Below the pieces are notes generated by a model. The model made no database searches. It saw nothing but the letters and a program-made list of their open reading frames with translations, and was not told where the DNA came from. A stretch of 44,453 nt of DNA, from contig CAYJGT010000002.1 in NCBI GenBank assembly GCA_964370035.1, positions 1 to 44,453 of the forward strand, in the 5' to 3' direction. A program made the translations under genes and the position numbers. How positions within the stretch are numbered: the stretch's first letter is position 1; every line of letters starts with the position of its first letter. Below are positions 40,214-44,453 of the stretch, one piece after another. The DNA comes from an uncultured Oscillospiraceae bacterium. Lineage in GTDB: Bacteria > Bacillota > Clostridia > Peptostreptococcales > Anaerovoracaceae.

Positions 40214-41293
40214 TTAATATACTTTAAATTCAAGTAGCACCGGCATGTGGTCCGTATATTCAAATTCAGTGTTGATGTTTTCAACTTTAATAATTTTAAT
40301 ATTTTTCGAGTGTATAAACCCATCAATAGTTACAACTGTTGCATCCTCAGGAGTATACGGCACATCATTCAATCTACTAGTTGGATTATAGCCACCATCT
40401 TCATAATCTGTAGCCTTAACAAAGTTTTCTCCTAAATACTCGTCTGGGAAAGGCTGAGCCCAGCTATAATCAACTTCCTTGCCTTCATTAAAATATTCGC
40501 CCGAATTTCCGGTAAAGTCATGATTAAAATCTCCACCTGCAATTACATAATGACCTTCTTCTAATTTTGCATTCATGTCATCGAAAAGTGTTTTCATTTG
40601 AGCATCCCTTATACTGGCGTCTATCCCATACGCCGAAAGATGAACATTGTACAAGTACAGACTTTTCCCATTTGTCAAAGTGACACTGTTGACTACATAG
40701 CACCTATCCAGATCAAAAAATTTGTTGAACCCTTCTGAGATTGGCAAACTTCTTCTTACCCCTTCTTCCATTTGATATTTTGATAGGGTAACCAACTCAG
40801 ATTTCGACTTTCCAATTGGATCCAATATAGGATAAAACAAATATGCCGAGTCATAGTTTATGGCTTCCGCCATCTGATAATTTGGAAAGGCTTGACTAAT
40901 CATTTCACTTTGATCTATATCAAAGCTTCTATCTGCCATTATATCGACTTCTTGAAAAAACAGGAAATCAGGGTTATATTCTTTGGCAATCTCAAGTGCT
41001 CCTTCTACATTTCCTTTTACTTCTTCTTCACTTCTGCCTCTCGAATCCGTTCCTCCATCCATGAAGAATGTATAGTCTTGGCTATATGCTCCATACCCTA
41101 TATTATATGTCAAAATTGTATGACTATCTGTCCACTCTGCAGTCTTCTCTTGATATTCTCCTGTAACTGGCACTTTAATGTTATCTTCTATTCTTTCATA
41201 ACTCACAAAAACATATGTTACATATATCAATGCTATAATAATAAGCAAAGCAACTATGCAAAGTATTACTCTTAACATCTTTTTCATCCACAA
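40214..41293 (-). CDS. membrane-anchored endonuclease/exonuclease/phosphatase (EEP) family protein
   Basis: 359-aa ORF with an N-terminal TM helix and the EEP motifs ILTYNIGYG, FFQEVD, GGDFNHD and YTDHMPV. Confidence 0.8.
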   Translation of the reverse strand: MWMKKMLRVILCIVALLIIIALIYVTYVFVSYERIEDNIKVPVTGEYQEKTAEWTDSHTILTYNIGYGAYSQDYTFFMDGGTDSRGRSEEEVKGNVEGALEIAKEYNPDFLFFQEVDIMADRSFDIDQSEMISQAFPNYQMAEAINYDSAYLFYPILDPIGKSKSELVTLSKYQMEEGVRRSLPISEGFNKFFDLDRCYVVNSVTLTNGKSLYLYNVHLSAYGIDASIRDAQMKTLFDDMNAKLEEGHYVIAGGDFNHDFTGNSGEYFNEGKEVDYSWAQPFPDEYLGENFVKATDYEDGGYNPTSRLNDVPYTPEDATVVTIDGFIHSKNIKIIKVENINTEFEYTDHMPVLLEFKVY

Positions 41294-41588
41294 GCCCTTT
41301 CTCCAATTTTCTAGTAATAATAGTCTTTTTTCAACGCCCTACTTTATGGTATATTTGCAGCATCTTCACCATTTTACTCTATTGGGCAATTTGTCAAAGT
41401 TTTATTTGATCCTTATAAGTATACCACAGTTACTTCATATGTCCATCTGCTTTTATTTAGCTTTTTTAGCGGCTCGCAATATTTTATTTACACTAGCTCC
41501 CATCACAAATTTATCTCAACTTACCCCCTTTTTCTTTATTTCCATTTTGTTTTTTGTTATAATAATCTATAGAATTGGAGAAATACAT

Positions 41589-42833
41589 ATGGATATTAAA
41601 GATTCATTAGGCGAAAAAGAGCAAGACGCAAGAGAAACCTTCGGAGAGCTAACGACTGAGAAACCAGTTGAACTCGACCAGGACTCAATAACTACAACTT
41701 ATGGCACTTACTTAAGCTCCGATAAGTCAACAACTATTGAGTATATGTGCATAGCTCCTCAAGGTGAACCTAAACAGGTCTTGCAGTTTATGCACGGCAT
41801 GGCAGAATACAAAGAAAGATATACTCTACTTGGAGAATATTTGGCAAGCAGAGGAATTGCTTTTTATATTAATGATCACATCGGACATGGTAGGAGCTCT
41901 CTAAGCCCTGAACATTTAGGATATTTCGGAGGAAGTAAGGCTTGGATGAACATGGTTTATGATGCCAAAGTTTTAACTGACATAGCTAGAGCGACTTACC
42001 CCAACACCCCTTTTAATATTGGAGGGCACAGCATGGGTTCTTTAACAACTAGAGCCTACCTAGCTGCTTTTCCAAATATACCTGGCAAGGCAATTTTAGT
42101 TGGTACATGTAACTCAAATATGCTTTCCGCACTGGGAAAAACCATAGCTAAGTTAATTGGCTTTTTTAAAGGAAAAATGTACAGGAGCCAATTTCTTAAT
42201 GTAAATACATTTGGTTCATATAATAAAAAGATTTCTAATCCTGCAACTCCTTACGACTGGTTGTCTGTTGATAAAGAAAATGTAGAGAAGTATATTGGAG
42301 ATCCTCTATGTGGATTTACCTTTACTACTGATGGCTTTGAAAATCTTGCAGGTTTAATAACTTATGTCTCGAGAAGATCCATTATGACAGATTATAACAA
42401 ACACTTACCTGTTTATATTGCTTACGGGAAAGGTGATCCTGTTGGGCATTTCGGAAAAGACATTAAAAAACTTGCCCGCGAACTAAAAAGCGTAGGCTTA
42501 GCTAATGTATCGATTTGTGCTTATTCTGGATTAAGGCATGAAATTTTCCAAGAATCTGCAAAGTATGACATTTATAAAAACCTAGCAGACTGGTTACTTG
42601 CTGAACTACCAACCATCCCTATAGTGCCCGAGAATAACACTCCTACTCCTTCCAAAGTTGTAGCATCTGAAGATATAGATACTGAAATTAAAAATATTGA
42701 TAACACTTCAGATGAAGGCCAAGCTCTAGAATATGATAATAACGAAGGCATTGCTCTAGAGGATGATAATGACGAAGGCATTAATGAAGAAGAAAATTTA
42801 ACCGAGACAACGCAAGAAAAAGAGTCGACTTAA
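41589..42833 (+). CDS. alpha/beta hydrolase (lysophospholipase/monoacylglycerol-lipase-like) with an acidic repeat tail
   Basis: The track ORF is trimmed to the ATG at 41589, which is preceded by TTGGAGAAATACAT. It has an HG oxyanion motif (FMHGMAE), a GHSMGS nucleophile elbow and a C-terminal DEGQALEYDNNEGIALEDDNDEGINEE tail. Confidence 0.8.
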   Translation: MDIKDSLGEKEQDARETFGELTTEKPVELDQDSITTTYGTYLSSDKSTTIEYMCIAPQGEPKQVLQFMHGMAEYKERYTLLGEYLASRGIAFYINDHIGHGRSSLSPEHLGYFGGSKAWMNMVYDAKVLTDIARATYPNTPFNIGGHSMGSLTTRAYLAAFPNIPGKAILVGTCNSNMLSALGKTIAKLIGFFKGKMYRSQFLNVNTFGSYNKKISNPATPYDWLSVDKENVEKYIGDPLCGFTFTTDGFENLAGLITYVSRRSIMTDYNKHLPVYIAYGKGDPVGHFGKDIKKLARELKSVGLANVSICAYSGLRHEIFQESAKYDIYKNLADWLLAELPTIPIVPENNTPTPSKVVASEDIDTEIKNIDNTSDEGQALEYDNNEGIALEDDNDEGINEEENLTETTQEKEST

Positions 42834-42901
42834 TATTCTATAATCTTTTGATTCTAGAATTAATAAAGAAAATTAAAATATAGTACAAAGGGGACAGAAC
42901 A

Positions 42902-44453
42902 ATGAGCTTATTGAATGTAACTAGTGTTTCTCATGATTTCGGAGGCAGAAGAATCTTAGAAGATGCCTCCTTTCGTTTGTTAAAAGGCGAACATGTAGGA
43001 CTTGTTGGTGCAAACGGAGAAGGAAAGTCATCTTTCCTTAATATTATTATCGGAAATATTCAACCTGACGAAGGCACTGTTGAGTGGTCTCGAAATGTTA
43101 GAGTTGGCTACCTTGACCAACACTCTACACTTAAACCAGGAACTACTATTGAACAGGCCTTAAGTAGCGCTTTCGATTATATGCACGAGATCGAAGGAAA
43201 GATGCTAAAACTATACGAGGATATGGCTGTTGAAGGCTGCGACATGGATGTCCTTATGGAAGAAGCAGGGGAGTACCAACACATACTTGAAGATAGTGGC
43301 TATTATGAAATTCCCGTAAAGGTAGGGCAGGTGGCTGACGGCTTGGGCCTTTTGGACATCGGCCTTGATAAGGATGTAAGCCAATTAAGCGGAGGGCAAA
43401 GAACGAAGGTGCTTTTAGGGAAATTGCTTTTAGAAGACCCCTCTATTCTTCTTTTAGATGAGCCTACTAACTATTTAGACGAAGAGCATATTGCTTGGCT
43501 TAAAAGATATTTAACTGAATATGAAAATGCCTTCATATTAATTTCCCATGATGTAGACTTCTTAAATTCCGTAGTTAATGTAATATATCACTTAGACGAC
43601 GGAGAACTAAGTAGATACACTGGAGATTACAATAATTTTGTAAGGATGAATGAAATTAAAATCTCCCAGCAAGATGCGGCATATAAAAGACAGCAGGCCG
43701 AAATTGCAAAAACTAAAGATTTCATCGCAAGAAATAAAGCAAGGGTTGCTACTAGGGGAATGGCCAACAGTAGAGCAAAAATGCTAGACAAAATGGAAGT
43801 AATTGAAAAGCCAAGAGAAAAGCCAAAGCCGGAATTCGACTTCAAAAAAGGGAAAACCTCTGGCAAGGTTTTAGTTGATTGCACAGATCTAGTAATTGGC
43901 TATGATGAAGCCTTAACTAGCCCTTTAAATTTTAAAATGATTAGAGGCGATAAACTAGCTATAGTCGGAACAAATGGTCTTGGAAAAAGCACTTTATTAA
44001 AAACAATTCTAGGAGAAATCCCTGCCTTTTCCGGAAAGGCACAACTTGGCGATTATCTTATTCCAGCTTACTATGAGCAAGAAGCTTCTAGAAACGATAA
44101 GACCACAGCATTAGAGTATATTTGGGCTAAGTATCCTTCCTACACCAATGCTGAAGTTCGTTCTGCCTTGGCTCATTGTGGCTTAACTAACGAACATATT
44201 ACAAGTCAAATGAAAGTCCTTAGTGGTGGTGAAAATGCTAAGGTGAGGCTTTGTGATTTAATGCAAAAAGAAAGTAATTGGCTTATTCTAGACGAGCCTA
44301 CTAACCATTTAGATGTAGATGCAAAAGAAGAATTAAAAAGGGCCCTTGCCGCTTATGAAGGCTCTATACTAATAGTTTGCCACGAGCCAAGTTTTTATCA
44401 AGATTGGATTACAGACGTTTGGAATGTAGAGGATTGGACTACAAAAACCGTAT
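42902..44453 (+). CDS. ABC-F family ATPase (translation factor/ribosome-protection type), 3' end cut by the window edge
   Basis: Not in the ORF track because no stop is reached. I translated it codon by codon from the ATG at 42902 (RBS AAAGGGGA) and it is open to the window end. It has two ABC domains (GANGEGKS/LSGGQ/LLLDEP and GTNGLGKS/LSGGE/LILDEP) joined by a basic linker (ARNKARVATRGMANSRAKMLDKME), with no TM domain. Confidence 0.9.
   Translation, partial: MSLLNVTSVSHDFGGRRILEDASFRLLKGEHVGLVGANGEGKSSFLNIIIGNIQPDEGTVEWSRNVRVGYLDQHSTLKPGTTIEQALSSAFDYMHEIEGKMLKLYEDMAVEGCDMDVLMEEAGEYQHILEDSGYYEIPVKVGQVADGLGLLDIGLDKDVSQLSGGQRTKVLLGKLLLEDPSILLLDEPTNYLDEEHIAWLKRYLTEYENAFILISHDVDFLNSVVNVIYHLDDGELSRYTGDYNNFVRMNEIKISQQDAAYKRQQAEIAKTKDFIARNKARVATRGMANSRAKMLDKMEVIEKPREKPKPEFDFKKGKTSGKVLVDCTDLVIGYDEALTSPLNFKMIRGDKLAIVGTNGLGKSTLLKTILGEIPAFSGKAQLGDYLIPAYYEQEASRNDKTTALEYIWAKYPSYTNAEVRSALAHCGLTNEHITSQMKVLSGGENAKVRLCDLMQKESNWLILDEPTNHLDVDAKEELKRALAAYEGSILIVCHEPSFYQDWITDVWNVEDWTTKTV

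Noticed and set aside
40126-40326. 66-aa minus-strand ORF spanning the EEP gene 3' end and its terminator
   Set aside because: It overlaps the real EEP CDS in another frame and runs through a terminator hairpin. Its basic, low-complexity product is typical of AT-rich noise.
41256-41588. N-terminal 111 codons of the 525-aa track ORF for the alpha/beta hydrolase
   Set aside because: The extension begins inside the divergent EEP gene, reads as hydrophobic nonsense and has no RBS. The ATG at 41589 has a GGAG RBS and starts the recognisable hydrolase sequence.
43627-43884. 85-aa minus-strand ORF
   Set aside because: It lies antisense within the ABC-F coding sequence, which is continuous and carries clear motifs.

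Overview
This 44.5-kb window looks like chromosomal DNA from a low-GC Firmicute. The GroEL, FtsH and aaRS sequences look clostridial, possibly Family XIII/Anaerovoracaceae-like, but that placement is a guess. About 35 of roughly 41 genes are on the minus strand.

Most of the window is housekeeping:
- groES-groEL with a textbook CIRCE operator
- htrA
- pck-tyrS
- upp, rpiB, tsaC/sua5, prfA, rpmE
- coaX, dusB
- metG-tatD-tilS-ftsH
- a 3'-truncated ABC-F ATPase

I saw no rRNA, tRNA, CRISPR array, transposase, integrase or phage genes.

The clearly accessory part is 2.5-11.0 kb. It holds an acyl-CoA dehydrogenase, a BCCT quaternary-amine transporter, two family-III CoA-transferases, a 2x[4Fe-4S] ferredoxin and a hotdog thioesterase. 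From memory, this six-gene content matches the gamma-butyrobetaine-to-trimethylamine (bbu) cluster of Emergencia timonensis. Next to it, divergently transcribed, is an unusual regulator that fuses a MerR domain, a Trm112-like zinc ribbon and a degenerate methyltransferase-like domain. I rank this regulator plus cluster as the most interesting item.

Other points worth a second look:
- a translationally coupled DgkA-like/CarS-like membrane pair
- a biotin decarboxylase alpha-delta-gamma operon with no beta (pump) subunit, next to a PucR regulator
- an unlisted 36-aa rubredoxin-like ORF coupled to a HesB-like ORF
- tyrS overlapping pck, with no room for a T-box leader
- several exact repeats and dyads in intergenic regions
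- long low-complexity extensions on FtsH and HtrA

All family calls come from motif recognition by eye. No database searches were run.
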